This document shows positions 41,218 through 50,884 of a DNA stretch of 64,000 nt, in pieces. The notes under the pieces are model-generated. The model was not told where the DNA came from. It was given only the letters and a program-made list of their open reading frames with translations, and searched no databases. Source of the stretch: Candidatus Binatia bacterium (GTDB lineage Bacteria > Desulfobacterota > Binatia > Bin18); the NCBI GenBank assembly GCA_963664395.2, contig OY761159.2:3648001-3712000 (forward strand), read 5' to 3'. A program made the translations under genes and the position numbers. Position 1 is the first letter of the stretch. Each line of letters starts with the position of its first letter.

Positions 41218-42057
41218 ATGAAACTTCCGTTCACCAAGATGCACGGCATCAGCAACGACTATATTTATGTCAATGCGTTCGACACGCCGCTTCCCGACCC
41301 GGCTGCGGTCGCCCGGCAAGTGAGTCAGCGCCGCACGGGCATCGGTGGGGATGGGCTTATTCTGATTTGCCCGTCTGATACGGCCCATGCCCGCATGGAG
41401 ATGTATAATGCGGATGGCAGTCGGGGAGAGATGTGCGGCAATGGGATTCGCTGCGTCGGGAAATATATGTACGACCATGGGATTGCCACCGACAATCCGC
41501 TCAGAGTGGATACGGACGCTGGGCTGAAAGTGCTCTTTCTTGAAATTGAAGACGGCAGAGTGTCCCGCGTGACGGTTGATATGGGTGAGCCGATTCTTGA
41601 TGGGCGGCACATCCCCGTTGCCGCAAAAGGACGGGTTGTGAATCAGCCGCTTCAGGTTGACGGGCACTCGTATGCTGTCACGTGCGTCTCAATGGGTAAT
41701 CCGCACTGCGTCACCTTTGTCGATGATGTTGAGGCCATAGAGCTGGAAAAAATCGGCCCGCAGTTTGAGCGGCACGCCTTCTTCCCGAATCGGGTCAATA
41801 CCGAATTTATTCAGGTGGCCAGTCCGTTCGAACTGAATATGCGGGTGTGGGAGCGCGGCTCCGGAGAAACCTGGGCGTGTGGCACTGGGGCCTGTGGTGC
41901 GGCTGTGGCGGCGGTCCTCAACGAGAAATCCGAGCGCCGGGTCACCGTCCACCTGCGCGGTGGTGATCTGGAAATAGAATGGCGCGCCGCAGATAACCAT
42001 GTCTATATGACCGGAGCCGCAGCAGAAGTCTTTGAAGGAACCGTTGAAGTCGAGTAG
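41218..42057 (+). CDS. dapF: Diaminopimelate epimerase
   Basis: FTKMHG..ND, EMCGNG, GNPH, ERGSGET.ACGTG. Confidence 0.97.
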   Translation: MKLPFTKMHGISNDYIYVNAFDTPLPDPAAVARQVSQRRTGIGGDGLILICPSDTAHARMEMYNADGSRGEMCGNGIRCVGKYMYDHGIATDNPLRVDTDAGLKVLFLEIEDGRVSRVTVDMGEPILDGRHIPVAAKGRVVNQPLQVDGHSYAVTCVSMGNPHCVTFVDDVEAIELEKIGPQFERHAFFPNRVNTEFIQVASPFELNMRVWERGSGETWACGTGACGAAVAAVLNEKSERRVTVHLRGGDLEIEWRAADNHVYMTGAAAEVFEGTVEVE

Positions 42058-42100
42058 TCTGTTTGTCCCTCTTTATCGAGACAGAGCACAGGAGGACATC

Positions 42101-42976
42101 ATGTTTTCAGGATCACTGGTCGCGTTGATTACGCCGTTCAAGAACAATGCAGTCGATGCGCAACGCCTGGCAGACCTGGTTGAATGGCACATTAAAAGCG
42201 GGACGCATGGGATAGTCCCCTGCGGGACAACGGGCGAGTCTGCCACGCTCTCTCACCAGGAACATACTCAGGTGGTCAAACTGGTTGTTGAGGCCGCAGA
42301 CAAGCGCGTGCCCGTGCTGGCCGGAACGGGGTCGAATTCAACCGCGGAAGCCATCCGCATGACGTGCGAAGCCCAGGAGGTGGGGGCGGATGGCGCGCTC
42401 ATGATCTCGCCGTATTACAATCGACCGCCCCAAGAAGGCATTTATCAGCACTACAGAGCTGTGGCCGAAGCGGCCTCGGGCTTCCCCATCGTTTTTTACA
42501 ATATCCCGAGTCGAACGGGCTCGAATATTCTACCCGAGACTATGGCTCGTCTGGCACAGATCGAGAACATTGTTGGCGTCAAAGAAGCCTCCGGCTCAGT
42601 CGATCAGGTCATCGACATCCGGCTCGCCTGCGGCGACAACCTGGCCATTTTGTCCGGCGAAGATACGCTCACGTTTTCCATGATGGCGCTGGGTGGTGCG
42701 GGCGTGATCAGTACAGCCGCCAATGTTGCGCCCAAGGCCATGGCCGAGCTGGCAACCGCCGGGCTGAACAAGGAGTGGGACACCGCGTCTGCGCTGCAAC
42801 TCAGCCTCGTCCCGCTCATCCGGGCGTTGTTTATCGAGACCAACCCCATTCCGGCCAAGACCGCGCTGGCGCTGATGGGCATGTGTGAAGCCGAGGTGCG
42901 TCAGCCGCTGGCCCCCATGGCCGCCGCCAATAAGGAAAGGCTGAAAGCCACGCTCAAGAAATATGAGCTTATTTAG
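42101..42976 (+). CDS. dapA: 4-hydroxy-tetrahydrodipicolinate synthase
   Basis: GTTGE, YNIPSRTG, GVKEASG, NPIP; GGAGG RBS. Confidence 0.96.
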   Translation: MFSGSLVALITPFKNNAVDAQRLADLVEWHIKSGTHGIVPCGTTGESATLSHQEHTQVVKLVVEAADKRVPVLAGTGSNSTAEAIRMTCEAQEVGADGALMISPYYNRPPQEGIYQHYRAVAEAASGFPIVFYNIPSRTGSNILPETMARLAQIENIVGVKEASGSVDQVIDIRLACGDNLAILSGEDTLTFSMMALGGAGVISTAANVAPKAMAELATAGLNKEWDTASALQLSLVPLIRALFIETNPIPAKTALALMGMCEAEVRQPLAPMAAANKERLKATLKKYELI

Positions 42977-42999
42977 GACCACTGAACATTGTGTCTTTG

Positions 43000-43035
43000 C
43001 CCCCTCACTCTCGCCAGGGTGAGGGGGTTTTCTTT
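43000..43035 (+). terminator. GC hairpin plus T-tract between dapA and dapB
   Basis: CCCCCTCACTCT-CGCC-AGGGTGAGGGGG-TTTTCTTT. Confidence 0.6.
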
Positions 43036-43060
43036 ATACGGGGCACAGAGGGGAAGAGAC

Positions 43061-43864
43061 ATGGGAACAAATATTGTCATCTGCGGCGCAGCCGGGCGCA
43101 TGGGGAAAATGTTGGTGCGTCTCATTCACGAACATCCTGACGCCCAGCTCGTTGGCGCGGTCGAAGCGGTTGGTCATCCTGCACTGGGCAAAGATGCCGG
43201 CGAGGAGGCCGGCGTTGGGTCACTCAGTGTGCCTGTTACGAGTGACTATGCTGCGCTTGCAGGCCCGGACAACGTTGCCTTGGACTTTACCCTGGCCGAT
43301 GCCGCAATGGACCATCTGCGTACTGCTGTCGCAAGCGGAGCCGGAATCGCCATCGGCACGACCGGTTTGTCTGCCGAACAACGGGCCGAGGCGGACCGCA
43401 TCGCACCCCAGAGCCGGGTCATTATTGCACCCAATATGAGCGTTGGGGTGAATGTCTTAATGAAGGTCGTAGAGGATGTCGCCAGGATTGTGGGCAAAGA
43501 CTTTGATCCTGAAGTGGTAGAAATGCACCATCGCTTCAAAATTGACGCACCCAGCGGAACGGCACTCGCTCTGGGCCGGATTATTGCCGAGGCGCAAGGC
43601 AAGGATTTCGACCACAGCGCGAAGTACGGCCGTCAAGGGATCACCGGTCAGCGGACAGACGAAGAAATCGGCATGATGGCCTTACGCGGCGGCGATACGG
43701 TGGGCGAGCATACTGTGCACTTTGCCGGCTTTGGCGAACGGTTGGAACTCACTCATCGTGCGTTGAATCGTGAATGCCTGGCCCGTGGCGCGGTTCGGGC
43801 CGCCCTGTGGTTGGCGAATCAGCCCAACGGACTGTATTCGATGAAGGACGTATTGGGGCTGTAA
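43061..43864 (+). CDS. dapB: 4-hydroxy-tetrahydrodipicolinate reductase
   Basis: GAAGRMG, GTTG, EMHHRFKIDAPSGTA. Confidence 0.97.
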   Translation: MGTNIVICGAAGRMGKMLVRLIHEHPDAQLVGAVEAVGHPALGKDAGEEAGVGSLSVPVTSDYAALAGPDNVALDFTLADAAMDHLRTAVASGAGIAIGTTGLSAEQRAEADRIAPQSRVIIAPNMSVGVNVLMKVVEDVARIVGKDFDPEVVEMHHRFKIDAPSGTALALGRIIAEAQGKDFDHSAKYGRQGITGQRTDEEIGMMALRGGDTVGEHTVHFAGFGERLELTHRALNRECLARGAVRAALWLANQPNGLYSMKDVLGL

Positions 43865-43877
43865 GTCCAAGGCGGAA

Positions 43878-43922
43878 GGGGAACCCACCCCGGCCCTTCG
43901 GGCCACCCCTCCGAGGAGGGGA
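43878..43922. repeat. REP-like double-hairpin repeat (family B)
   Basis: Similar to the reverse complement of 53034-53079. Confidence 0.7.
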
Positions 43923-43938
43923 TTTGTCGTTCAAAACG

Positions 43939-44613
43939 CTACCACTTCCCACGCCGGGTGGGGAAGTGCTGCGCCTGGACAAGGCGCTGAAGAAAAGTGG
44001 CGCGGGAGATTTCGTACGCCCCGAGCCGTTGCAGATGCGGATTGGTCATCTGACAGTCGATCAATTGAAACTGCCATTTGTGGAGCTGCTGAGTTAAAAG
44101 ACAGAAGGCTACTTTTGAAGCATTTGCTACCCGTTTGAACATCGACTCCCCAAAAAATGCCCGGCCTAAACTCACCCCATAAATCCCACCAACAAGCTCA
44201 CCGGCGTCCCAGACCTCAGCCGAATGGGCAAAGCCGGCCTCGTGCAGGGCGCAGTAGGCTCTCAGCATGTCGGGTGTAATCCAGGTGCCTTCACCGCTCC
44301 GCAGCCGTGTTTCCGCGCAGGCGTATACCACCTCTTCAAAGGCACGGTCAAACGTGACGGCAAAGCGTTCCTGACGGAGCAGCCGACGCAGGCTGCGCGA
44401 CACATGAAAACCGTCCGGGTCGATGACACAGCGTTGCGGCGGACTCCACCACAGAATCGGAGAATCGTCGCTATACCACGGGAAAATGCCGAGTTGATAC
44501 GCGAGTAACAAACGTTTGAGGCCCAGGTCTCCTCCAACCGCCAATAGCCCTTCCGGGTTGGACCACTCCGGATTGGGAAAGACAAGTTCATCAGTCAGTT
44601 GGTAGACGGGCAT
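43939..44613 (-). CDS. aat: Leucyl/phenylalanyl-tRNA--protein transferase
   Basis: GLLAVGGDL, GIFPW, WWSP, FFGESMF, NASK. Confidence 0.96.
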   Translation of the reverse strand: MPVYQLTDELVFPNPEWSNPEGLLAVGGDLGLKRLLLAYQLGIFPWYSDDSPILWWSPPQRCVIDPDGFHVSRSLRRLLRQERFAVTFDRAFEEVVYACAETRLRSGEGTWITPDMLRAYCALHEAGFAHSAEVWDAGELVGGIYGVSLGRAFFGESMFKRVANASKVAFCLLTQQLHKWQFQLIDCQMTNPHLQRLGAYEISRATFLQRLVQAQHFPTRRGKW

Positions 44614-44756
44614 GTTGGTTTCTTATGGTTCAGAAAACAAAACTGCCTGTCAATAAGACTCGTTGCAGACTCGTTGTAGTAACAGACCAGCGCTTGCTTT
44701 TTTCCGGTAAATAGCAGAATAGGGAAAGATAGAGTAGCGAGAGAAGGAGGCGTACT

Positions 44757-45347
44757 ATGGATCGGGTAAGCAAGGTTCCATTTGACCAGGTTGATACTGA
44801 ACTCCAGGCAATCATGCGCGAATACGACCAGGAACTCGGTGGGTCGGAGTTCGTGCAGGTGTTTGCCCACGCACCTGAGGTGTTCAAGTCGTTTATTAAT
44901 TTCTATTTTCCGTTGGTGTCAGGCGAACGGGGCAATGTTGATGTCAAACTGACCGAATTGGCTCGCCTCAAGGTGGCTGAGCGGAACGACTGCAATTTAT
45001 GAATGCACGCCCGGTTTGCCTTGGCAAGGCAACAAGGTGTGACGGAAGAACTGATTGCAGCGCTGCCCCAGTACCAGGCCAGTGAACTTTTTACTCCACG
45101 AGAGAAAGCAGCGATTCGCTTTGCTGATATTCTTGCTGGAGATCATCGCCAGGCTTCACCAGAGCTGTTTGATGCCTTACGCGAGCATTTTACCGAGCCG
45201 GAAATTCTGGAACTGGGCTGGCGGATTGTGACGTTTGTCGGCTATGGCCGTTTTATTCATGTCCTCGGTCTGGAGATTGGGCAGACCTGTTCGCTGCATC
45301 CCGCAGAGACGAATCCGGGCCAGGACGTGCAAGCATCCGCTCAATAA
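44757..45347 (+). CDS. AhpD/carboxymuconolactone-decarboxylase-family selenoprotein (CxxU; UGA at 45000-45002 read as Sec), 196 aa
   Basis: Two in-frame ORFs separated only by TGA reading NDCNL-U-MHAR at the AhpD CxxC site; SECIS-like hairpin follows. Confidence 0.8.
45006..45041 (+). promoter_or_regulatory. Candidate bacterial SECIS element
   Basis: CACGCC..TTGCCTT-GGC-AAGGCAA..GGTGTG stem-loop; G-starting apical loop 20 nt after the UGA. Confidence 0.65.
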
Positions 45348-45356
45348 GGTTGTGTA

Positions 45357-45391
45357 CTCCCTCGCCCTCTGGACGAGGGCTGGGGCGAGGG
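45357..45391. repeat. REP-like palindromic repeat (family A)
   Basis: CTCCCTCGCCC...GAGGGCTGGGGCGAGGG, similar to 48786-48824 and 53154-53192. Confidence 0.75.
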
Positions 45392-45434
45392 TGTCCTATG
45401 CTTCTCACCATAGCCGCCAGAACGTCAGTACTGA

Positions 45435-45647
45435 TTACGCCCGGTCCAGAGAGGCGTTGAGCCGATTGAGTAATTTTTCTGCCGACACTGGCGGTGCCGG
45501 CGGCGGAGGGACACGGAGCTGCTGAGGCGGGGATGGAGGCGGCGGAGGTGTGTAACGCGCCGGTGTACACTGGCTCAAAACAAGACCGAGGGCCAGCAGA
45601 CAACTGAACCGTGTGAATGGTGCCAGAAATGTCAATGCGTTGCTCAT
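45435..45647 (-). CDS. Small Pro-rich putative lipoprotein (possibly truncated)
   Basis: Signal-like N-terminus ending LSQC, poly-Pro linker, 70 aa. Confidence 0.45.
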   Translation of the reverse strand: MSNALTFLAPFTRFSCLLALGLVLSQCTPARYTPPPPPSPPQQLRVPPPPAPPVSAEKLLNRLNASLDRA

Positions 45648-45689
45648 ATTCTCTACCTAATCCCCAACCCCTAATCTCTAACCCCTGCA

Positions 45690-46769
45690 TCAAAGCTGCC
45701 TGGGCTGAGCCAGCGCATGCGCTGTTTCAGCCAGGAGGACGGCGCGGCGATCAAAATCGCTGAGCCGCTCATCCTTGAGCTGGCCGTTCTTGTACAACAC
45801 AAAGAGCTGCATGCCCACGACGGCTGTTTTCCACAGCGCGAAGGTTTCATAAAATCTGATATTGCTGACGTCGCGGCCACTCCGCTGAGCATAGTGCTGA
45901 ACGACTTCGTCCCGGGACAAGAAACCCGCTAAAACGGGCATTTGGGCAATCTCTCGCCGGCCCGGCGGATCATCATGCTGGGTCCAATAATTGAGCAACA
46001 GGCCCAGGTCAATGATTGGATCACCGAGCGTGCATTGGTCCCAGTCAAAGAGGGCAATAATCCGGGTGATGTCTGTCGGACCGACCATAAGATTGTCGAG
46101 TTTATAGTCATTATGCAGCAGGGTCGGTGGGGGCGAAGTTGGCACGTGGCCGGCCAACCACTGTCCGAGTTCATCCATAAGAGGGAGTTCTTCTACCTTG
46201 GCCTGCTCCCAGCGCTTGCGCCAGTTGCGGACCTGACGTTCGACAAAGCCTTGGGGCCTGCCTAAGGTTTCGAGTTCGACCGCTTGGTAGTCTACCGCGT
46301 GGAGGTCAACCAAGGTGTCCACAACGGCTTCACTGAGGCGTGTATACACGCCTGGCTGATTGAGATGCTCAGCCGGCAGGTCTCTATGTATGACCAGGCC
46401 GCTTCGGCGTTCCATGACAAAGAACGGCGCGCCCAGGACGCTGGCGTCGTCACAAAAAAAATACGGACGCGAAGCCGGTGGGAAAACGGGCCACAGCGCA
46501 GACAGCACCCGGAATTCCCGGGCCATATCGTACGCGCCCACGGCGAGCGGACCGCTGGGCGGACGGCGGAGGACGTATTCGTGAGAACCAAAGCTCACCA
46601 AATAGGTCAAGTTGGCATGCCCGCCGGCAAATTGAACAATCTCCAGCGGGCCGTCGGCGTCGGGCAGACGTGCCCGCACATAGGTATCAACAACGTTCAG
46701 ATCAAGGGTCGCTTCCGGGCGAACTGCGACTGTTTCAGGTTCGGTCCAGCCTGGAGGAGTGTGTTCCAT
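45690..46769 (-). CDS. APH/choline-kinase-like phosphotransferase (acyl-CoA dehydrogenase-associated type)
   Basis: GGHANLTY, LRRPP, FFVME, HNDYKLDN, DWD. Confidence 0.9.
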   Translation of the reverse strand: MEHTPPGWTEPETVAVRPEATLDLNVVDTYVRARLPDADGPLEIVQFAGGHANLTYLVSFGSHEYVLRRPPSGPLAVGAYDMAREFRVLSALWPVFPPASRPYFFCDDASVLGAPFFVMERRSGLVIHRDLPAEHLNQPGVYTRLSEAVVDTLVDLHAVDYQAVELETLGRPQGFVERQVRNWRKRWEQAKVEELPLMDELGQWLAGHVPTSPPPTLLHNDYKLDNLMVGPTDITRIIALFDWDQCTLGDPIIDLGLLLNYWTQHDDPPGRREIAQMPVLAGFLSRDEVVQHYAQRSGRDVSNIRFYETFALWKTAVVGMQLFVLYKNGQLKDERLSDFDRRAVLLAETAHALAQPRQL

Positions 46770-46790
46770 CGGTGTTCCTTAAATAATAGC

Positions 46791-46843
46791 GGGCAAAAAT
46801 AATAGCGGGCAAAAATAACAGAGGGCAAGATGCCCGCGCTCCC
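46791..46843. repeat. 16-bp tandem repeat (AAATAATAGCGGGCAA) x2-3 running into a family C palindrome
   Basis: Seen directly; the GGGCAAGATGCCCGCGCTCCC part resembles the reverse complement of 53087-53110. Confidence 0.75.
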
Positions 46844-46883
46844 ATTCAGGTAATGGAAGCCAAGTATATTTACAACAAATCGT

Positions 46884-47255
46884 TTACAACAATCTGCCCA
46901 GCCAGAGACCACACCCAACGGCAAGCAGACCAAGTATAACGCTGCCTACAACATTGAACAGGCCGAGGAGAACGGTGCCGTTCTGAAACAACTGCATCGA
47001 CTCATACGTGAACGTAGAGAAGGTGGTATAGGCACCGAGAAACCCGGCTACGAAAAAGTGTCGCTGTGGAGATACCAAGAGCGCTCGGTCATGCAGGATG
47101 GCGATGGTGACGCCAAGGAGCAAACTCCCGCTCATATTGGCGATAAATGTCCCGTACGGAAAGCTGGCTCCCAGAATCCGCGCCGCCCAGCTTGAAACAA
47201 TAAAGCGCGCGTTTGCACCTAAAAAGCCTCCAAGTCCAATCAAGAGATATTGCAC
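46884..47255 (-). CDS. crcB: Fluoride efflux channel
   Basis: GGFLGANARF, PYGTF, GFLGAYTTFSTF; GTG start with AGGAGG RBS. Confidence 0.93.
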   Translation of the reverse strand: MQYLLIGLGGFLGANARFIVSSWAARILGASFPYGTFIANMSGSLLLGVTIAILHDRALLVSPQRHFFVAGFLGAYTTFSTFTYESMQLFQNGTVLLGLFNVVGSVILGLLAVGCGLWLGRLL

Positions 47256-47377
47256 GTGATTCTCCTCCTTACGACAAAAGCAGTCTAGCACCCCGCCAAA
47301 TTCCTGCCATGTCATTGACTCCTGGCACGCGACAGTCTTTAGTGACAGCATGGGCAGAGACACACGGAGGAGAGATT

Positions 47378-48001
47378 ATGGACGATATTTTACAAGCACT
47401 ATTCCGGTGGGTCCACTTATTGGCTGGCATCACCTGGATTGGACTTCTGTACTATTTCAATTTGATCAATGCCCACTTTCAGGGCGCTCTCGAAGCAGAT
47501 GTCCGTAAACAAGTTGTCCCGCAAATCATGCCGCGCACCTTGTGGTGGTTCCGCTGGGGAGCCATGTTCACCTTTCTGTCCGGTCTGTTGATGATCCTAT
47601 GGAAATACTTTCTGCTTGGGAGCGGTTTCACTGGTGATGCCGGCTTGTTCGGGTCGAGTGCCGGGCTGTGGATCAGCATGGGCGCGCTGTTCGGCACGAT
47701 CATGTGGTTCAACGTCTGGTTCATTATTTGGCCGGCCCAGCAGCAGATTATCACTGCGACGGTTAAGGGCGAAGCGCCGGACCCGGCTTTACCCAAGAAG
47801 GCCTTGCTCGCCTCTCGCACAAACACATTTCTGTCTGTCCCCATGCTGTTCGGCATGATCGCCGGCGCCGGGCATTATCCGTCAATTACCTTTGGGCCGC
47901 TGTGGCTTATTATTGTCCTGGGGCTCGGCTTTGGTCTGGCCTATCACCTGATTTTCCAGGTGAGTAGCAAGGTCGCCAAGGAATGGCCGGTGGATGAGTG
48001 A
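47378..48001 (+). CDS. Membrane protein, urate oxidase N-terminal (PuuD-like) family
   Basis: RWVHLLAGITWIGLLYYFN, WFRWGA, NVWFIIWPAQ, SRTN. Confidence 0.8.
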   Translation: MDDILQALFRWVHLLAGITWIGLLYYFNLINAHFQGALEADVRKQVVPQIMPRTLWWFRWGAMFTFLSGLLMILWKYFLLGSGFTGDAGLFGSSAGLWISMGALFGTIMWFNVWFIIWPAQQQIITATVKGEAPDPALPKKALLASRTNTFLSVPMLFGMIAGAGHYPSITFGPLWLIIVLGLGFGLAYHLIFQVSSKVAKEWPVDE

Positions 48002-48017
48002 CGGACCGCTCCTGGTT

Positions 48018-48776
48018 CTACCCTGATTGAAACGTCATTTCGACGACGGCCTCTCCTTTTTCAGGCAGAGAGATCCGCTGTGAGCGCACGCCAAACCGTT
48101 CATGCCAGGCTTCAATGGTATACTCGCCCGGCGGAACGTTCCGGAGCAAGAATGATCCATCTGTGCCGCTCAAGGCAAAATAAGGATGGTCGAACACGCC
48201 AAGATAACTCCGCATCCAGCCGTGGATGTCACACTTGACTTCAATGCCGACCTCCTCGGCAGCAACCGTCACGTTCCGCGACGTGCCTTTGAGTCCCAGA
48301 CTGAAGTTCCAGTGCGAAGAATTGTGCGGCAGTCCATGGACATTATGGGCCATGGGGTCGCTGTTACGATAGCGAAGCTGTTGATCGACCTGAAGCGCCA
48401 TAATACGCGGCAGAAAGACACAGCCTTTTTGGTCATTCGCAACCGGTTTTTCAGGAACGGCAAAAATACGCTCGCCCAGACCGTCTTTGATATACACCAG
48501 GGCATTTTGTAGTCTGCCGTTTGTCACCAACACATCGCCGGCGTAGACCGTCCCTTCGTGTTGGGCGGCGCATTCCGACCAGCCGCCAAGCTGAAGCACG
48601 CTTTGCTCCGGCATTGAACCGGCGAAATGGATGCTCCCGGAAATAGTGCCCACTGTGGACAGGTCGAGCGGGGTGGGTTGGCGGGGCGGCTTTGGTGGGG
48701 TGGAGCTGTTACAGGCTATGAGAAGAGAGAGAAGGAATCCAATTGAAATCAGTTGGACAGATTGGGAGAAATGCAT
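48018..48776 (-). CDS. Lipoprotein with cupredoxin-like and carboxypeptidase-regulatory-like domains
   Basis: Lipobox LIAC; DQKGC.F.P, NSD...HNVH, CDIHGWM. Confidence 0.8.
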   Translation of the reverse strand: MHFSQSVQLISIGFLLSLLIACNSSTPPKPPRQPTPLDLSTVGTISGSIHFAGSMPEQSVLQLGGWSECAAQHEGTVYAGDVLVTNGRLQNALVYIKDGLGERIFAVPEKPVANDQKGCVFLPRIMALQVDQQLRYRNSDPMAHNVHGLPHNSSHWNFSLGLKGTSRNVTVAAEEVGIEVKCDIHGWMRSYLGVFDHPYFALSGTDGSFLLRNVPPGEYTIEAWHERFGVRSQRISLPEKGEAVVEMTFQSG

Positions 48777-48785
48777 ATCATTTTG

Positions 48786-48824
48786 CTCCCTCGCCCCTGG
48801 CGGGAGAGGGCTGGGGTGAGGGGG
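48786..48824. repeat. REP-like palindromic repeat (family A)
   Basis: CTCCCTCGCCCC-TGGC-GGGAGAGGGCTGGGGTGAGGGGG. Confidence 0.75.
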
Positions 48825-48845
48825 TTCTTCTGACCTTCGCTCCTG

Positions 48846-49820
48846 CTATTTGGCTTGGACTGCTGCCAGATTGACACAGTTGATGGGCGGCTCGCCGGCG
48901 CGCAGGCGGTTGACATTGGCGGCCAGGCCGCGCGCGATGTCGTTATACGATAAATCGGTGACGCCGGCGATATGGGGCGTGGCAATCACAGTGTGCACAT
49001 TATTTTGGAACAGCGGATCAGTCGGGTCAGTCGGCTCGTCCCAAAAAACGTCCAGCCCTGCACCCGCAATCTCCTCGCGCTCCAGGGCCGCAACCAGGGC
49101 GTCATGATCGATGACAGGCCCGCGCCCGACGTTAATGAGATATGCCTTGTTCTTCATACTGGAGAGCGCCTGTGCATCAATCAGCCCCCGCGTGTGTGGC
49201 GTGACAGGCAGGGCCAGGACAACGAAGTCGGCCTCTGCCAAGACGTAACCCAGGTCTTGCGGCCCACCAAGAAAATCAAATCCAAACTCTTCTTTTATGT
49301 GCTCGGCTGGGTGCTGCTTCAGGCCGATCAGACGCACGCCAAAGTGGCGTAAGCGGCTGGCCAGCTCAGTGCCGATACTCCCGACTCCGATAATGGCGAC
49401 CGTCTTATCCAGCAGCCCTTTGCCCATAGGAGCCCCAAAGATATTTTTTTGTACGTTCTCGGCTGCCTGGGGAAATTTTCGGGCCAGGGCCAGCATGAGA
49501 AAAATGGCGTGCTCTGAGACTGAGGCCGCGTTTCCTGCCCCTTCGTGTCCCGGAACATTGGCAACATAGATGCCCTGTTCGGTCGCAACCGGAATATCCA
49601 CGCCTTCGAGCCCGACGCCGAACTGATGGATCATGCTTGCGGAAGTGGCTCGAATAATGTCCGCATCCACGCGGTGCATGGTTGGAACAACTACATCTGC
49701 GTCGCGTGTCGCGTCCAGCACCTCTTCTGCCGGGCAGGCGATAATGGTGTCATCCGGCAGATGCTTCCGAAGCATCTCGGAACAGTGGGGGAAATGGGTG
49801 GAACACAGAACAATTTTCAT
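48846..49820 (-). CDS. D-isomer-specific 2-hydroxyacid dehydrogenase
   Basis: GVGSIG, INVGRG, GAGLDVF..EP, TPHIAG. Confidence 0.92.
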   Translation of the reverse strand: MKIVLCSTHFPHCSEMLRKHLPDDTIIACPAEEVLDATRDADVVVPTMHRVDADIIRATSASMIHQFGVGLEGVDIPVATEQGIYVANVPGHEGAGNAASVSEHAIFLMLALARKFPQAAENVQKNIFGAPMGKGLLDKTVAIIGVGSIGTELASRLRHFGVRLIGLKQHPAEHIKEEFGFDFLGGPQDLGYVLAEADFVVLALPVTPHTRGLIDAQALSSMKNKAYLINVGRGPVIDHDALVAALEREEIAGAGLDVFWDEPTDPTDPLFQNNVHTVIATPHIAGVTDLSYNDIARGLAANVNRLRAGEPPINCVNLAAVQAK

Positions 49821-49836
49821 ACAGTGCGTGGTCGGC

Positions 49837-50814
49837 TCAAGAGGTGTACTGCCGGGCGGCGTCCATGACCTTTTCAACATCCAGCACACGCGGGCCGTCC
49901 CAGGAGAGTGCAATTTCCCACTGGTCGTCCGCATTCACAACCAGCTCGCGCTCGCCGTCAAGCGCGATAATCGAGGGCTTATAGCTGACGGGTATCCGAG
50001 TGCCATGCTGTATCAGGGCATGCTGTTGGATCGGGACGGGCACAACCATCCCAGGCGCAATAGGCGCGTTGATAAAGCGTGTATTGCCACCGAACCGGAT
50101 ATACAGCCCTCCGTCGTCAACCGGGCGAATGGGGTGGAGCATGCCGCCGATTGAGGCCAAGCCGATATTTGTCGGCTGGCCCTGGGTGAGAAAGAGTTCT
50201 TTGAGGCGCTCGGCCTCCCACACGGCCCTGGCTCCAATAAACTGGTAGTCACACACCGCAGCATCAACCAGGGCGATGTCTTCGAGCGCCCCGTCGCGGT
50301 ACAGGTTGAGCCGCTTGGTTGGACGGGTATACGTTTCCGGGGAGAATTGTCGTCGCGCGTAATAGCCCGCGGCCAGACCGGCCAGGGTTGACTCCAAAAA
50401 CTGTGGAAAGGCATTATTCGTTCCGGTCGAAAGCGGAATGAGCGGCATGCTGCCGCTGCCTTTGGTGACCACCCGGTTTGTCCCGTCTCCGCCAATGACG
50501 ATGACGCAGGCCACCCCCTGTTCGTTCATGAGCTGCGCCGCCCGGGTCGAGTCGCTGGCATCATCGAAGATCGACATTTCAAGAAAACGTGGGGTAATAC
50601 GCAGCTCGTTCTCAATCCCGGACAGGGCTTTGGTAAAGATGTTGGCCGGGTCAGGGAAGAGGACCACTTCGTCCACCCCGGCACCCTGAATCCCGAGAAT
50701 AGCCCGCCGAACGATATAGACTTTTTCCTGGGTATCGAGAATAGACCCATGCGCCACAAGGCGACGGATGTCCTTGCCGGCGCGTGGGTTTGCAATAATA
50801 CCGACTGGTGCCAT
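49837..50814 (-). CDS. acoX: Acetoin catabolism protein X (NAD-kinase-like)
   Basis: GIIANP.AGKDIRRLVA, GGDGTNR, STGTNN, ALDGERE; downstream of acoAB. Confidence 0.85.
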   Translation of the reverse strand: MAPVGIIANPRAGKDIRRLVAHGSILDTQEKVYIVRRAILGIQGAGVDEVVLFPDPANIFTKALSGIENELRITPRFLEMSIFDDASDSTRAAQLMNEQGVACVIVIGGDGTNRVVTKGSGSMPLIPLSTGTNNAFPQFLESTLAGLAAGYYARRQFSPETYTRPTKRLNLYRDGALEDIALVDAAVCDYQFIGARAVWEAERLKELFLTQGQPTNIGLASIGGMLHPIRPVDDGGLYIRFGGNTRFINAPIAPGMVVPVPIQQHALIQHGTRIPVSYKPSIIALDGERELVVNADDQWEIALSWDGPRVLDVEKVMDAARQYTS

Positions 50815-50884
50815 GAGAAGTTGGGGTTAGGGGTTAGGGGCTGGACTTCCCCAACTCCCAAAACCCAATCCCCAGAACCTATCC

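Noticed and set aside
47322-47340. CTGGCACG as a sigma54 promoter for the PuuD-like gene
   Set aside because: No TTGC at the required -12 spacing
47256-47377. Fluoride riboswitch upstream of crcB
   Set aside because: I could not find the conserved GGCGATGG...CGCC / GCTGATGAC core with convincing pairing
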